29,711 nucleotides of DNA from a virus: the IMG/VR virus record IMGVR_UViG_3300045988_119598, positions 1 through 29,711 of that record. The stretch is one strand, 5' to 3'. Below the pieces are notes generated by a model. The model was not told the DNA's origin, did no database searches, and worked only from the letters and a program-made list of their open reading frames with translations. Positions 7,647 through 17,416 of the stretch are shown here, piece by piece. The position numbers and the translations under genes were made by a program. How positions within the stretch are numbered: the stretch's first letter is position 1; each line of letters starts with the position of its first letter.

Positions 7647-8300
7647 TTATTTATTTAAAATTATACTTATTTTAATTCCTGCATCTCTTAGTTTTACTCA
7701 AGTATCAACTGGCATCTCATTATCACAATAAGATAATCCTAAAACTCCAATATCTCTATCTTCTGACTTTAAATAGAATATTGCAATCTTATTAACATCA
7801 TTAGATTTAAATGTATAATACATTCTCCTATCTAATTCCTTTATATCTTCAACATCTCCAAATCATCCTCCTTTTTTAGATGTTTCCAATATAAATAAAT
7901 AATCAGATAATAGGAAATCTTTATAGTGTTTAGAAACTGGAGCAACTCCAGGTTCTGTTTCTTCACTATTCATAATCCCATAAGTAAATGGAAGTCCTCC
8001 TAATCCTGAAGTGCCATTATGATACTCAATAACTCAAGCTCTATCTGCATTCGTATCATTTAAAAGATCTTTAAGTATATATCTAACCTTAATATCTGCT
8101 TCTTGTCGTATTACTTGATTAGTATTATGGACCGTTTTTATATAGTTTGTAACTTTATCATATATTATTCCTGGATTAGTACTTATAATTATTACATAAG
8201 AAATAAATATAAATCCAATTCCACCTTTAATTATTTTCCACAGTCCATATTTATCTACTCATTCTAATACCTTTCCAAACCAGTTTAATTTATTTTCCAT
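7647..8300 (-). CDS. Membrane-anchored protein of the lysis region (217 aa; four in-frame TGA)
   Basis: ATG 8300..8298 overlaps the upstream TAA. TGAs lie at 8259-8261, 8034-8036, 7863-7865 and 7698-7700; the ORF is otherwise open to TAA 7647-7649. N-terminal TM segment WKIIKGGIGFIFISYVIIIS. Not in the track. Confidence 0.6.
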
Positions 8301-8725
8301 TACATATTATCAGAACAAGTACCTAGAGTGTTGTCTACAGCAAAATCAACTCTAACAAATACTCCAGTACAAATATCTTTGAACTTCTGATAAAATGGAG
8401 TAAAAATTAAAGGATAAGAAATATCAACTTCTAGATAATGGTTATTAAATCGATTAATTATATTAGTTAATGCTAATATTCCAGCTGATTGCTCTTCTAG
8501 CTGATTATTATCAGTCTCATCCCATCTTGCTATAAAATAGAGATTTAATGAGTAAGTAATAGTATCTTCATCCATATTAAATGTATTTGGCGTTATATAA
8601 AATACATTATATTCAATAGTTGGAATACTATTAAGTTCATATATATCTTTACTTCCTACAAAATTAATATTAGGTTCTTCAAGAGCACAAGCTTTTAAAT
8701 TTGAAATTATTTCATAGTATGTCAT
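8300..8725 (-). CDS. Hypothetical virion-module protein (141 aa)
   Basis: The start is taken at MTYYEIISNLK (ATG 8725..8723), 1 nt after the re-extended upstream ORF ends. The track ORF begins 22 codons earlier, inside that ORF. Confidence 0.55.
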   Translation of the reverse strand: MTYYEIISNLKACALEEPNINFVGSKDIYELNSIPTIEYNVFYITPNTFNMDEDTITYSLNLYFIARWDETDNNQLEEQSAGILALTNIINRFNNHYLEVDISYPLIFTPFYQKFKDICTGVFVRVDFAVDNTLGTCSDNM

Positions 8726-8726
8726 A

Positions 8727-9410
8727 TTATTTACTCTTTTTATTGTTATTACCTGAAGGAAAATCATATGCTCTTTGTAGAGGACCTTCACAAGAATTAT
8801 ATCTTCAACCCTTTCCTCTAGCTCCTCCTAACCAAATTGTACAGGATGAGCTTGAATACATATTTGGATACATATCTTTAAGAGGTTTATAAGAATATAA
8901 TTCAGGAAAATCATTATAATATGTAATTACCCAATTCTGCAATCTAGTTTTGAAGAAATCTGCTTTATCTCTATAATACTTCTTAATAAGATTAACTTGA
9001 TTAATATCAGAAGTTAAATCTTTCTCATCATCAGTCCTCATAACTCCAAAATTACTAAGTTTAAAAGAGATAGGAATAGTAATTTCACTTAATACTTGAT
9101 AAAGTAAATAAGGCTGAATATAGTAATCTAGTAATTCTTTATATCTATGATTTTCTGGATCATCTATAGATGTTGGATCATAAATAGGAGGTTCTATAGG
9201 ATGAACTGGTTTATTTGGATCTTTCCAATCAATTACTAATTTCTGAATCTTCTCTAAGAGCTTAGTTCCAATTAATGACTGAAGCTCAATATCTTGTGCA
9301 AGTTTGATTGCAGACTGAAGATATTTACCAGAAACATTATTATCTAAATTAGATTCTGATTTTATATAATCTTCAGATATTAATAGTACGTTTCTATAAT
9401 TATTTTCCAT
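8727..9410 (-). CDS. Putative head-tail connector/adaptor-like protein (227 aa; in-frame TGA at 8805-8807)
   Basis: Track ORF 8805..9410 continues ...GGARGKG-W-RYNSCEGPLQ... to TAA 8727-8729. It sits immediately after the portal gene. The product call rests on position and a weak gp6-like N-terminal pattern only. Confidence 0.5.
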
Positions 9411-10492
9411 TATTCAACTTGTTTAGTATCAGCTTCATTAAGGCTAAATGGTGAAATTGTGATTGAATTTTGCATTCCAAAAATCTTATCAAATGAATCA
9501 CAAATCTCTTTCTGGATAGGTCTAATCATAGTTCTATTATAAAGCTTGAATGAAGATTCAAATTCTTGCTCGTTAAAACCAGTTGAATCTGAGTTAATTC
9601 CAAATAAGTTAGGATTAGCTCTAAATGCGCAGAATATTTGCTCCCTTGTTCTTTCAGATAATGATTGATATTTTTCATCAAAATCATCAGAATCTAACCT
9701 TTCAATTGTGGTCTTATTTGCCTCATCTGCATTATATGAAATCAATATTCTGCCAGCGTTTTGATAACCAGAGAACTTCTCATTAATATTTCTTTCAATC
9801 TCTTCTCTAATTTCATCTGTAGGCTCTCCATTATTAAAGTTAATAATAAGATTGCCCATAAATCCATTATTGATATTGTTTAAATGGAACTCATTAATAT
9901 TTTTCTCAGTTTCACAAGATAGAATAGCAGCTCCGTAAACAGGAATAGGATATACGCCTCTTGTTATATAACCTTTATTATAAAATACACTAGCTGGGTT
10001 TTCATCTCCAACTCCAAATTTTGGATATTTAATAGCTTTTACAGACCAGGCTGTCCAATCAGTTGCATAGTATAATATATCATTCTTTTCACTTGATCTT
10101 ATATTCATAAAATCAATATGATAGATTTCTGCAACTCTTCCAATCATATCTCTAATTACTTGGATAGCGTAACCTCCAAATATCATCTTATCAATAGTGA
10201 TTTTTCTCATTATATCAACTATTGTTTCCCCTTTTTTATTTACAACTACTTCAAATCCTGGAGCATTACATTTAACATCATTACCAACAATAAAGTCAGC
10301 AGAACCATTAATAATAGATTGGAGAGTAGCAACATTTAAATATAAATCCCATAGATATAATGGATATTTGTTATCTTCTCCCCACATTACATAATCTTTT
10401 CCTCTTACTTTAGTTTCTGTAGGTAATACGATATTACTTGCAATAAATGGATCAATAGCACTTAACTGAACTTTTGTTTTATTTTCGCTCAT
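9410..10492 (-). CDS. Portal protein (360 aa)
   Basis: WGEDNKYPLYLWDLYLNVATLQSIINGSADFIVG, plus the central and C-terminal pattern (NAGRILISY ... REQIFCAFRANPNLFG ... YNRTMIRPIQ), resembles HK97-type portals by eye. No TGA. Confidence 0.65.
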   Translation of the reverse strand: MSENKTKVQLSAIDPFIASNIVLPTETKVRGKDYVMWGEDNKYPLYLWDLYLNVATLQSIINGSADFIVGNDVKCNAPGFEVVVNKKGETIVDIMRKITIDKMIFGGYAIQVIRDMIGRVAEIYHIDFMNIRSSEKNDILYYATDWTAWSVKAIKYPKFGVGDENPASVFYNKGYITRGVYPIPVYGAAILSCETEKNINEFHLNNINNGFMGNLIINFNNGEPTDEIREEIERNINEKFSGYQNAGRILISYNADEANKTTIERLDSDDFDEKYQSLSERTREQIFCAFRANPNLFGINSDSTGFNEQEFESSFKLYNRTMIRPIQKEICDSFDKIFGMQNSITISPFSLNEADTKQVE

Positions 10493-10871
10493 AACTTACG
10501 TATGTATTAGATTTATCATATTGATATTTATTATTCTCATAATCTCCAATTCTTATTAATCCTGTTCCCAATATAGGTATTGGTTTACCAGCTACTAATA
10601 TCTGAGTGCCATTAGTAAGAGTATTATTATATGTAACCAAGATAACTGGATTTCCATATAACTCTGATCTAAATGGATTGTTTACATCAACTATAACTTG
10701 AAATTTATTTGGATTAGTAAATAAAATATATTGATATTCACCGTCTCTCATTCCTTCTTGAAGTGTAATATCAAACTTATAGTAGATATTCTCAGAATAA
10801 TTCTGATTTTCAAGATCAAATAAATAAACTTCTTTAGTAGTTGTATGCTGTAAAATAAGGCTATAATTCAT
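10479..10871 (-). CDS. Hypothetical protein (130 aa)
   Basis: Intact ORF with a TAA stop. It overlaps the portal start by 14 nt. Confidence 0.55.
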   Translation of the reverse strand: MNYSLILQHTTTKEVYLFDLENQNYSENIYYKFDITLQEGMRDGEYQYILFTNPNKFQVIVDVNNPFRSELYGNPVILVTYNNTLTNGTQILVAGKPIPILGTGLIRIGDYENNKYQYDKSNTYVSYERK

Positions 10872-11526
10872 ATTTTCAAATATATTTTTTATATGTTGAA
10901 GTTATTCCTCGCAGAGCATTATACACTCCACTTCTAATAAATTCATCTTCTATGTCTTTTGCCCTATTATATCGCTTAATAAGAACTCCATCTAAAGAAT
11001 ATCTTAATATAGATTTATATTTTGTATTAGTTCTAGTTTCTCAAGATTTCTTAATTGATTCTTTAGTCTCTTTGCTTCTCTTTCTACCATATAAAGGGCA
11101 AAGCTCTCCAATTTTGCCATACATACTTGAATGCTTACCATACATTGGATTTTTAGAACCTTTTTTGGATTTTGATATTTTTGCTTTTGTAATTGCATTT
11201 ACAATGTGGCCAGATGTTCCATCTCCTCCATCAGTCATATTATATCCTCTATCCTTAGTACTAAACAATTCAATATAATGCTTTTCTGCTTCATCTAGCT
11301 TTTTATTTAACAAACTTGATGTAGAGCAACAAAATACCTGTATAACTTCAATAATAAAATTCTCTTCACCATACTTTCTCATTGCTCGGCTTAAATGATA
11401 ATTTAGACCATTTCTCGCCTTTAACTTGTGTTCAGTAAATCTTTGATTTACATCTCGTACAGTCTTACCAATATAAATTTTATTATTTACCAAATTGGTA
11501 ATTTTATATATTACACCGCTTTTCAT
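10861..11526 (-). CDS. GIY-YIG homing endonuclease (221 aa; in-frame TGA at 11041-11043 and 10876-10878)
   Basis: GVIYKITNLVNNKIYIGKT ... RFTEHK ... GYNMTDGG. Read-through adds a NUMOD/IENR-like DNA-binding tail (ILRYSLDGVLIKRYNRAKDIE...TYKKYI-W-KYEL). TAG 10861-10863. Confidence 0.85.
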
Positions 11527-11594
11527 AATTTTTACATTAGTTTTACATATCTTTTTCTTAAAATATAAACTAATTTACTAATGTATTAAAATAA

Positions 11595-11620
11595 TTAAAG
11601 GAGACCTAAGCCTCCTTTAA
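11595..11620 (-). terminator. Hairpin abutting dispersed-element copy 2
   Basis: 9-bp stem TTAAAGGAG / CTCCTTTAA with an 8-nt loop. On the minus strand it is followed by AATTATTTTAAT. Confidence 0.5.
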
Positions 11621-11670
11621 TGTCAAGTTTTTTACTCACTCAAAGTACTAAGAAAAAATAAAAACTGACA
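11621..11670 (+). repeat. Dispersed 50-bp intergenic element, copy 2
   Basis: TGTCAAGTTTTTTACTCA 11621-11638 ... CTGACA 11665-11670. It starts 1 nt from the stop of the minus-strand fibre gene (11672-11674). Confidence 0.9.
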
Positions 11671-11671
11671 A

Positions 11672-12661
11672 TTAGTTAAAACTTGCTAAAGTTCAGTTTT
11701 TAGATGCAGCTAATGATTTCTGTTCCTCAGTAAGTGCATTATAAACGTTAGTATAAAAAGCTAAAGTTTTAGTATCTTTTCCAGATAAATCACTAACATT
11801 TGTAATAATATCAGTTACCGATTGACTATTTAGTGCTCTAAAATTTGCTAAATTCATACTTTTATCGGCTCCTTCAACACCCCCAAAATAAGTTACAACA
11901 GTACTAGCCATACCACAAAGTGCTGTTTTATTAAGATCTTGGTATAAAGAACAATTTGTTAATTTTATTTTACCTACAGATGTGATACTAGATGAATATG
12001 AGCTAAAATACTGAGTAAAAGTTACTTGCCCATTTATAACTTCAATTTCAGGGACACTAATAGGAACAGCAGAATCAGTAGTTACTAGATTAAAAAAATA
12101 TTCTAATGCACATACACTAGTTTCATACTTATTTGTTATTGTTATATTTTTTGGAAAAGATGTGGATAAATAAAATGTGCGCGTACAATATCCTCAACTA
12201 GTGGAATAAGGATTAATAAATTCTAGAGTATCAATACTGCCTTCAAAACCAGAAAATGTAAATGAACGTTCGGCCATCAGTTTTATCTCATTAATATGTA
12301 TATTGCTAGCATATTGAAATGTTCTTTCCGCAGCATATAATGTATCTGGATTAATATGATCAGATATATCAATAGGATCTTGAAATGAAGCCATATGAAA
12401 TCAATAACTACAATCTTGTGGAATTTTATATTCAACGTTATCATAATGATCTTTATCCATTTTAGAATTTGAAAATGTTAATCCATAATCATTTAAATTA
12501 ATCTTTCCTCCACCACCTCCAGAAATCTGTCCTATCTTATCTGCATAGCTTCTAAAGGTATCTGAATCCGATACAGCAACACCTTTAGCTACAATAGCAT
12601 CTTTAATGGCACTCTTAGTACCTTCAAGATACGTTAATTTATCAGAAATTGTATTTGCCAT
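11672..12661 (-). CDS. Tail fibre / receptor-binding-like protein (329 aa; three in-frame TGA)
   Basis: Track ORFs 12401..12661, 12194..12394 and 11693..11911 are one frame joined by TGAs at 12401-12403, 12194-12196 and 11693-11695, with open sequence between them. It has the N-terminal fibre motif KLTYLEGTKSAIKDAIVAKGVAVSDSDTFRSYADKIGQI and a Gly5 hinge. It ends ...ASKN-W-TLASFN, TAA. Confidence 0.6.
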
Positions 12662-12662
12662 A

Positions 12663-13184
12663 TTAGATATATTTAAATTTTACCCCTTTATAAGTGTCTG
12701 TTCTTCCTTTAAGACAATCTATAACTCTACTATGAGTATACCCATCTATTGATGTTTCAATTGCATTTTTATATGTTTTAACTAGTAAATCATTAATAAA
12801 TAGCCCTACAGGTTTACTAATTTTATCAATACATCTATTTATTCTAGTTCCATATGTATTATTATACTTTGCATCACATCATTCTAAATTTTCTACCCTA
12901 TTATCTGTCTTATTTTCATTTATATGGTTAACATATGGTAGATTGTCAGGATTTGGAATAAATGCTTCTGCTACTAGTCTGTGAACTTTAATAGCTTTAG
13001 GTTTATCTAAGCCAGATACTAGAATTACATAATTATAGCCATATTTATCTATATGCTGTTTTAGCTTTTTATGTATTTGTTTTCTGGTTCTTCCAATAGA
13101 ATCTTTAAAAGTCAATGGGTTACTATATACATCTCCTGTAGAAGATACACTATAGTTAGGATAATTTGTTAATACTCTATTCAT
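12663..13184 (-). CDS. HNH homing endonuclease, NUMOD4/HNH_3-like (173 aa; in-frame TGA at 12879-12881)
   Basis: [11 protein letters not shown] ... [42 protein letters not shown]. Read-through adds a DNA-binding tail ([21 protein letters not shown]...YKGVKFKYI). TAA 12663-12665. The start is taken at MNRVL (13184). Confidence 0.85.
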
Positions 13185-13851
13185 TTGGAATTTCACCATT
13201 AATTGTATCAAGAGTAGTTGAGATAGTTCCGATTTGTGCCTGTAAAGCTTGAATAGCAGCTTCTAATTCTGAAACCTTAGCATTATATACTTCTAATGTT
13301 ACATAATTAGATAGTTCCGATTTGTCTGCTTTATTTGCATCTAATGTCCCAACTTCCTTATCTAATGCATCAATCTTTAGTCCATCCTCTTCTTGCTTAC
13401 TTTCAATAGCTTTAATCTTAGAAGAATTGTTTCCAACTTCACTTTCAACAGATGCAAGCTCTTCTTTAGTAGCAAAATCCTCAGTACTTGGAATATCTGA
13501 CTTGAGAGCATAGTTAGAAAGATCAATAGATAGATGTAAATCTTCACCCTCTCTATTAAATGACATAGGAGAGTTTACTTGAAATACTTCCATCTTAGAT
13601 GTTTCTAATTCAGTAATATCATTCTTAATTGGCTCTAACTTAGGTTCAAGTATGACATCCAACTGAGAATTAATTTGCTCATCAATTATTTCAACAGCCT
13701 TATCTTCAGAAATGTAATTACCTTTAGGTTGAAATCTTTCATCTGATTCAATCTTAGTATAAGAACCAACAGGAAGTTGTCCAGATTCAATTCCACATTT
13801 CTTACTTACATAGAAAGTTTGTGTGTTTTTAGTATTTTTAAGTATAATCAT
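13177..13851 (-). CDS. Fibre-associated coiled-coil protein (224 aa)
   Basis: The C-terminal heptad-like region shares the block [14 protein letters not shown] with the 771-aa fibre. TAG stop. Confidence 0.55.
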   Translation of the reverse strand: MIILKNTKNTQTFYVSKKCGIESGQLPVGSYTKIESDERFQPKGNYISEDKAVEIIDEQINSQLDVILEPKLEPIKNDITELETSKMEVFQVNSPMSFNREGEDLHLSIDLSNYALKSDIPSTEDFATKEELASVESEVGNNSSKIKAIESKQEEDGLKIDALDKEVGTLDANKADKSELSNYVTLEVYNAKVSELEAAIQALQAQIGTISTTLDTINGEIPNE

Positions 13852-13853
13852 AA

Positions 13854-14090
13854 TTATCTAACTTTTATTGATTCCTCATACTCTTCTAATGCTTTCTTAG
13901 CTGCTTCTTTATATTCAATATCTTTATCAAGAGTTATTTCTCTTAGATGCTTTAAATCACAGCTTAAAGGACATATACATTCTTTAAAAGATGAATATTG
14001 TTTAATATCTAATTCGTCCTTATAGTTAGTAAGTAAATAACCTTCTTCTGGTTTTACTATTTGATATTTTTCTTTAATTTCAATTTTCAT
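13854..14090 (-). CDS. Hypothetical protein (78 aa)
   Basis: Intact ORF, tightly packed in the fibre cluster. TAA stop. Confidence 0.5.
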   Translation of the reverse strand: MKIEIKEKYQIVKPEEGYLLTNYKDELDIKQYSSFKECICPLSCDLKHLREITLDKDIEYKEAAKKALEEYEESIKVR

Positions 14091-14092
14091 AA

Positions 14093-15007
14093 TTAATTAT
14101 ATGATAAAGTTCAACCTTTTGCTACTGTATTAGCCATTTGATCTTCTGTTAGTGAATCATAAACAGTCTTATTAAATACTATCGTAGGATTTTTACCTGG
14201 ATCTGTATATAACCCATCTATAATATTATTTACTGATTGTGAAGTTAACGATGGCAATCCTCCTAAATGTAAACTATATGTTCTCATAGTTACTCCTTGC
14301 CCAATATTTGTAAATCCTCCAATATCTGTTAATAGTGTAAAATCTTTATCATTGGTATTACGCTCATCATCGATTCTAAATAAATCATCAAATGATGATC
14401 AATTACTTGCATCATATTGTGGTACAGTTTTTAACCTATAACAGTATCTAAACATTTGATCTACTATAACTTTATCAGTTGTTGTAAATGTTATTTCTGG
14501 GGCAGATTCAAGATTAATAGAATATCTAAATAAACCATAACAAAATACAGCATTAGATAGATTTAATGGTTCTATAGAAGTTGCTCCAATTCCTGATAAA
14601 GCTCCCATCATACGAGTTTTTCCAGTAAATATAGAAGGCAGTATATATGTTAATTGACTACATCCAGCAAATAAATAATATAGATCTGTATCCGTATTTT
14701 CAGATAAATACTTTTCAGCATCTATAGATGTTACTAAGCTATTTTGTAGAGTTGAGGTAGCTCTAAAAATAGATGTTTTTGGATTACTAGACTCTGGGAT
14801 AATATACCAACTTGTAACATTAGGATTATTACATTCATTAATAATAGTATTTTCACTACCAAAATATTGTCTAGATATTGACTTTCTAAATGCCTCATCT
14901 TCAAATTGAATTACTGGACAAGGCCAGACTTTGGTACTGCCTACATAAATGGCAGTACCTTGTCTGTTACCTACATAAAAAGCTTTTAAATTATCTCGAA
15001 TATTCAT
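14093..15007 (-). CDS. Fibre / receptor-binding-like protein, paralogous C-terminus to 11672..12661 (304 aa; two in-frame TGA)
   Basis: Track ORF 14399..15007 continues through TGAs at 14399-14401 and 14111-14113 to TAA 14093-14095. The C-terminus LTSQSVNNIIDG...VYDSLTEDQMANTVAKG-W-TLSYN parallels LNSQSVTDIITN...VYNALTEEQKSLAASKN-W-TLASFN. Confidence 0.6.
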
Positions 15008-15008
15008 A

Positions 15009-17324
15009 TTACTCTACAATTAAATATTGAGTATTTGGATCTTTACTTGAAATAGCATCATATTCAGATTGAGTTACCACAAGAATAGTATGAACTTGTG
15101 GTTGAGTTCCACTTCCATAAGTAACTGGATTAGAAACGCTCTCAATATCTATATTTCCACTACCTAACAAGCTTTCTCCATTAACTGTCTTGATATTTGT
15201 TCCACTAACTAAAGTATCTTGTTTATTTCCTAATCCTGCATTTAATTCAGTTTCCGTAACATATTCATCAGGAATAGAAGTTAAAAAGCCACTATCGTTA
15301 GTAAGCTCAGATGTCTTAGTTGGTATACCTAAATCCTCAAGACTCTTATTACCACTAAGTTCAACAGAATTGATTTGAGGCTTATTGGTCAATTGATTAT
15401 AATCAGTAGTACCTCCACCTCCTGAAATATCTAAGTTACCAGAACCAAGAATATCCTGTCCATTTATGGTTTTTATATTCGTACCACTAACTAATTGTTC
15501 TTGGTAATTATGGAAACTCTTGTCTACAGAAACTCCAGTTGGAGTAATCTGAGCAGTAACTAAAGTATGATTAGTTGTGCCAGATTCAAAATGGAACGTA
15601 GCTTGAATATTTTCTCCTAAAACAAAACATACTTCTGGAGCAGCTACATCACCATAACCTAGAATATTTACATAATAAAGCTCAAATGGTGTTTTATTAG
15701 CTATAGCATTCTTAACAGCAGCGAAATCTCCAGAAAGATGAGTTGAAGAATTTATAAATAGATATGGAATATCAGAACCACTATTGATTACTATATTACC
15801 TTCTCCAAGTAAAGACTGACTATTGATTGTTTTGATATTAGTTCCACTTACAAGTAAATCTTGCTTAGTAGCCATCTCTTTATCAAGAGCATCTATCTTA
15901 TTTCCATCTTCTTCTTGCTTAGTTTTAATAACTGATATATCTGAAGTATTAGTTGCTACTTGAGTAGATAGAGATTCTACTACAGAAGAATCTGCTTTGT
16001 TAGCAAGTTCTGTTTTTGTTGCATAATCTCCTACAGGCTGTTTAGTGGCAAGCTGCTCATCAACATAAGTTTTGTCTGCTTTATTTGCTAAATCCCCAGA
16101 AACTTCTGCTTCAGTTACAAAGTTGGAATCATTAGTAAGCTCACTAACTTTAGTTGGAATTTCACTTTTTAAAGCATAGTCTCCAGCTGGTTGATATCCA
16201 GATAAATCTACAGATAATTGGGATTTATCTTCATTAAAAGCTAATGGAGCTTGGGGAGTAAATACGCCTTGCTTAGTTGCAAGTTTCTCATCTACTTCAT
16301 CTTTAGTATAGCCTTTATTAGTAAGATCAACTTCTGTTGTCTTAACAGTCATTTGACCATTATTAACTATAATAGCATTAATTGTTACTAATACTTCATT
16401 ATCTTTAAAATAGTACCCATATAAATCAATAGTATTAGTATGCTCTACTACAGTCATTGGAACTACTATTGTATCTTCATTATATGTTATCTGCCCAAAT
16501 AAATAGAAATCCATATTACTTCTAATAAAGTTATAAATTTCTAATTGCCTATCTGGGTCATTTACATCTAAATTTAAGAAGAAGTGATTCTGAAAAGCAG
16601 AAATTACATTATCAACAATAGTGATATTAGCTCCAGCAGTTAGTATTCCTTGTTTGGCATTTATAGCTTTGTTAATTTCTATATTTAATTGGTCTATCTC
16701 AGCCTTTGTATATTTATCTGCTAATTGAGCATATAAAGTAGCAGTAATAATTCCTGCAGTATTTGTTTCAGTATTGTATGCAGGTAATTCTTCAGGATTG
16801 CCAGTTTGATTTCCAAATATAGAAGATATAGTAACCTTATCTGGAACTGATTGAATCTGAATGGATGGAATTATCTCCGTTGGTTTAATAAGCTCTACTC
16901 CATTTAAAGATGGCTTATTATTAATTGTAGAATAATCAGCAGAAATAGTGTTGTTATCAATTACTATACCATTACCTTGAATTAATATATCTTGTTTCCC
17001 AGAAGTAGCTTCAGTTATTTCGGCAGTTACTTCTTCTTTAGTTGGATAGTCAACAAGTTTCTCTGTAATTTGATTATCAACATCTTCAATGGAAGTAACT
17101 CCTAATTCTTTAGAAGTTATATTTCCATTTAATTCAACTCCATTTATTTCAGGTTTAAATTGAAGATCTTGATAGTTATTTGAGCCTAACTGAGAACCAT
17201 CCATAACCTTAACTTCATCATCCTTGTCAATAACAATAACTTTAGTCACATTTGACTTATCTATTGTTTCGACTTCAAGGACATTAAGATAAGGAAGAAT
17301 TGTCTTTTCAGTTTCGTTTGCCAT
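15009..17324 (-). CDS. Tail fibre protein with internal repeats (771 aa from MANETEK)
   Basis: There are three copies of LVSGTNIKT(I/V)N..S/ILG.GN(I/L), two copies of IPTK.SELTNDS.F, and repeated NKP..N(G/S)VEL blocks. The start is taken at ATG 17324 because the track start (17372) lies within 8 nt of the upstream terminator stem and overlaps its T-tract. Confidence 0.7.
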   Translation of the reverse strand: MANETEKTILPYLNVLEVETIDKSNVTKVIVIDKDDEVKVMDGSQLGSNNYQDLQFKPEINGVELNGNITSKELGVTSIEDVDNQITEKLVDYPTKEEVTAEITEATSGKQDILIQGNGIVIDNNTISADYSTINNKPSLNGVELIKPTEIIPSIQIQSVPDKVTISSIFGNQTGNPEELPAYNTETNTAGIITATLYAQLADKYTKAEIDQLNIEINKAINAKQGILTAGANITIVDNVISAFQNHFFLNLDVNDPDRQLEIYNFIRSNMDFYLFGQITYNEDTIVVPMTVVEHTNTIDLYGYYFKDNEVLVTINAIIVNNGQMTVKTTEVDLTNKGYTKDEVDEKLATKQGVFTPQAPLAFNEDKSQLSVDLSGYQPAGDYALKSEIPTKVSELTNDSNFVTEAEVSGDLANKADKTYVDEQLATKQPVGDYATKTELANKADSSVVESLSTQVATNTSDISVIKTKQEEDGNKIDALDKEMATKQDLLVSGTNIKTINSQSLLGEGNIVINSGSDIPYLFINSSTHLSGDFAAVKNAIANKTPFELYYVNILGYGDVAAPEVCFVLGENIQATFHFESGTTNHTLVTAQITPTGVSVDKSFHNYQEQLVSGTNIKTINGQDILGSGNLDISGGGGTTDYNQLTNKPQINSVELSGNKSLEDLGIPTKTSELTNDSGFLTSIPDEYVTETELNAGLGNKQDTLVSGTNIKTVNGESLLGSGNIDIESVSNPVTYGSGTQPQVHTILVVTQSEYDAISSKDPNTQYLIVE

Positions 17325-17370
17325 ATTATTTTCTATAAAATATAAATTATTAATTATGTGGTATATAAAC

Positions 17371-17405
17371 AAAAAACAAGGGGCAAGTAAATTAATACTC
17401 GCCCC
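17371..17405 (-). terminator. Rho-independent terminator after the capsid/abundant-protein genes
   Basis: On the minus strand: GGGGCGAGTA-ttaatt-TACTTGCCCC, then TTGTTTTTTG. Confidence 0.75.
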
Positions 17406-17416
17406 TCTTTCTGTTA

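Noticed and set aside
7546-7731. Plus-strand track ORF (61 aa)
   Set aside because: It is antisense to the holin-like gene and to the end of the 217-aa recoded gene, which together explain this interval.
8701-8892. Plus-strand track ORF (63 aa)
   Set aside because: It is antisense to the junction of 8727..9410 and 8300..8725.
10118-11278. Track ORFs 10118..10339 (+), 10197..10394 (+), 10952..11278 (+) and 11004..11198 (-)
   Set aside because: They are antisense to, or out of frame within, the portal and GIY-YIG genes. The GIY-YIG frame carries the recognisable motifs.
11560-11567. Recurrent TATATTTT boxes upstream of late genes (also 17337-17344 and 29271-29278) as degenerate -7 promoter elements
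   Set aside because: An A/T-only 8-mer is expected several times by chance in a genome this AT-rich, and no consistent -33 partner was found. Noted only as a weak possibility.
13322-14025. Plus-strand track ORFs 13322..13513 and 13777..14025
   Set aside because: They are antisense to the coiled-coil fibre protein and the 78-aa ORF, with Ser/Leu-rich mirror translation.
15190-15378. Plus-strand track ORF (62 aa)
   Set aside because: It is antisense to the repeat region of the 771-aa fibre gene.
17325-17372. N-terminal extension of the fibre ORF (MFIYHIINNLYFIENN). The same issue applies to 8726..8791 and 13185..13211.
   Set aside because: The extensions run up to the upstream terminator or into the re-extended upstream genes. 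Internal ATGs placed 1-8 nt from the upstream stop give the compact spacing seen everywhere else.
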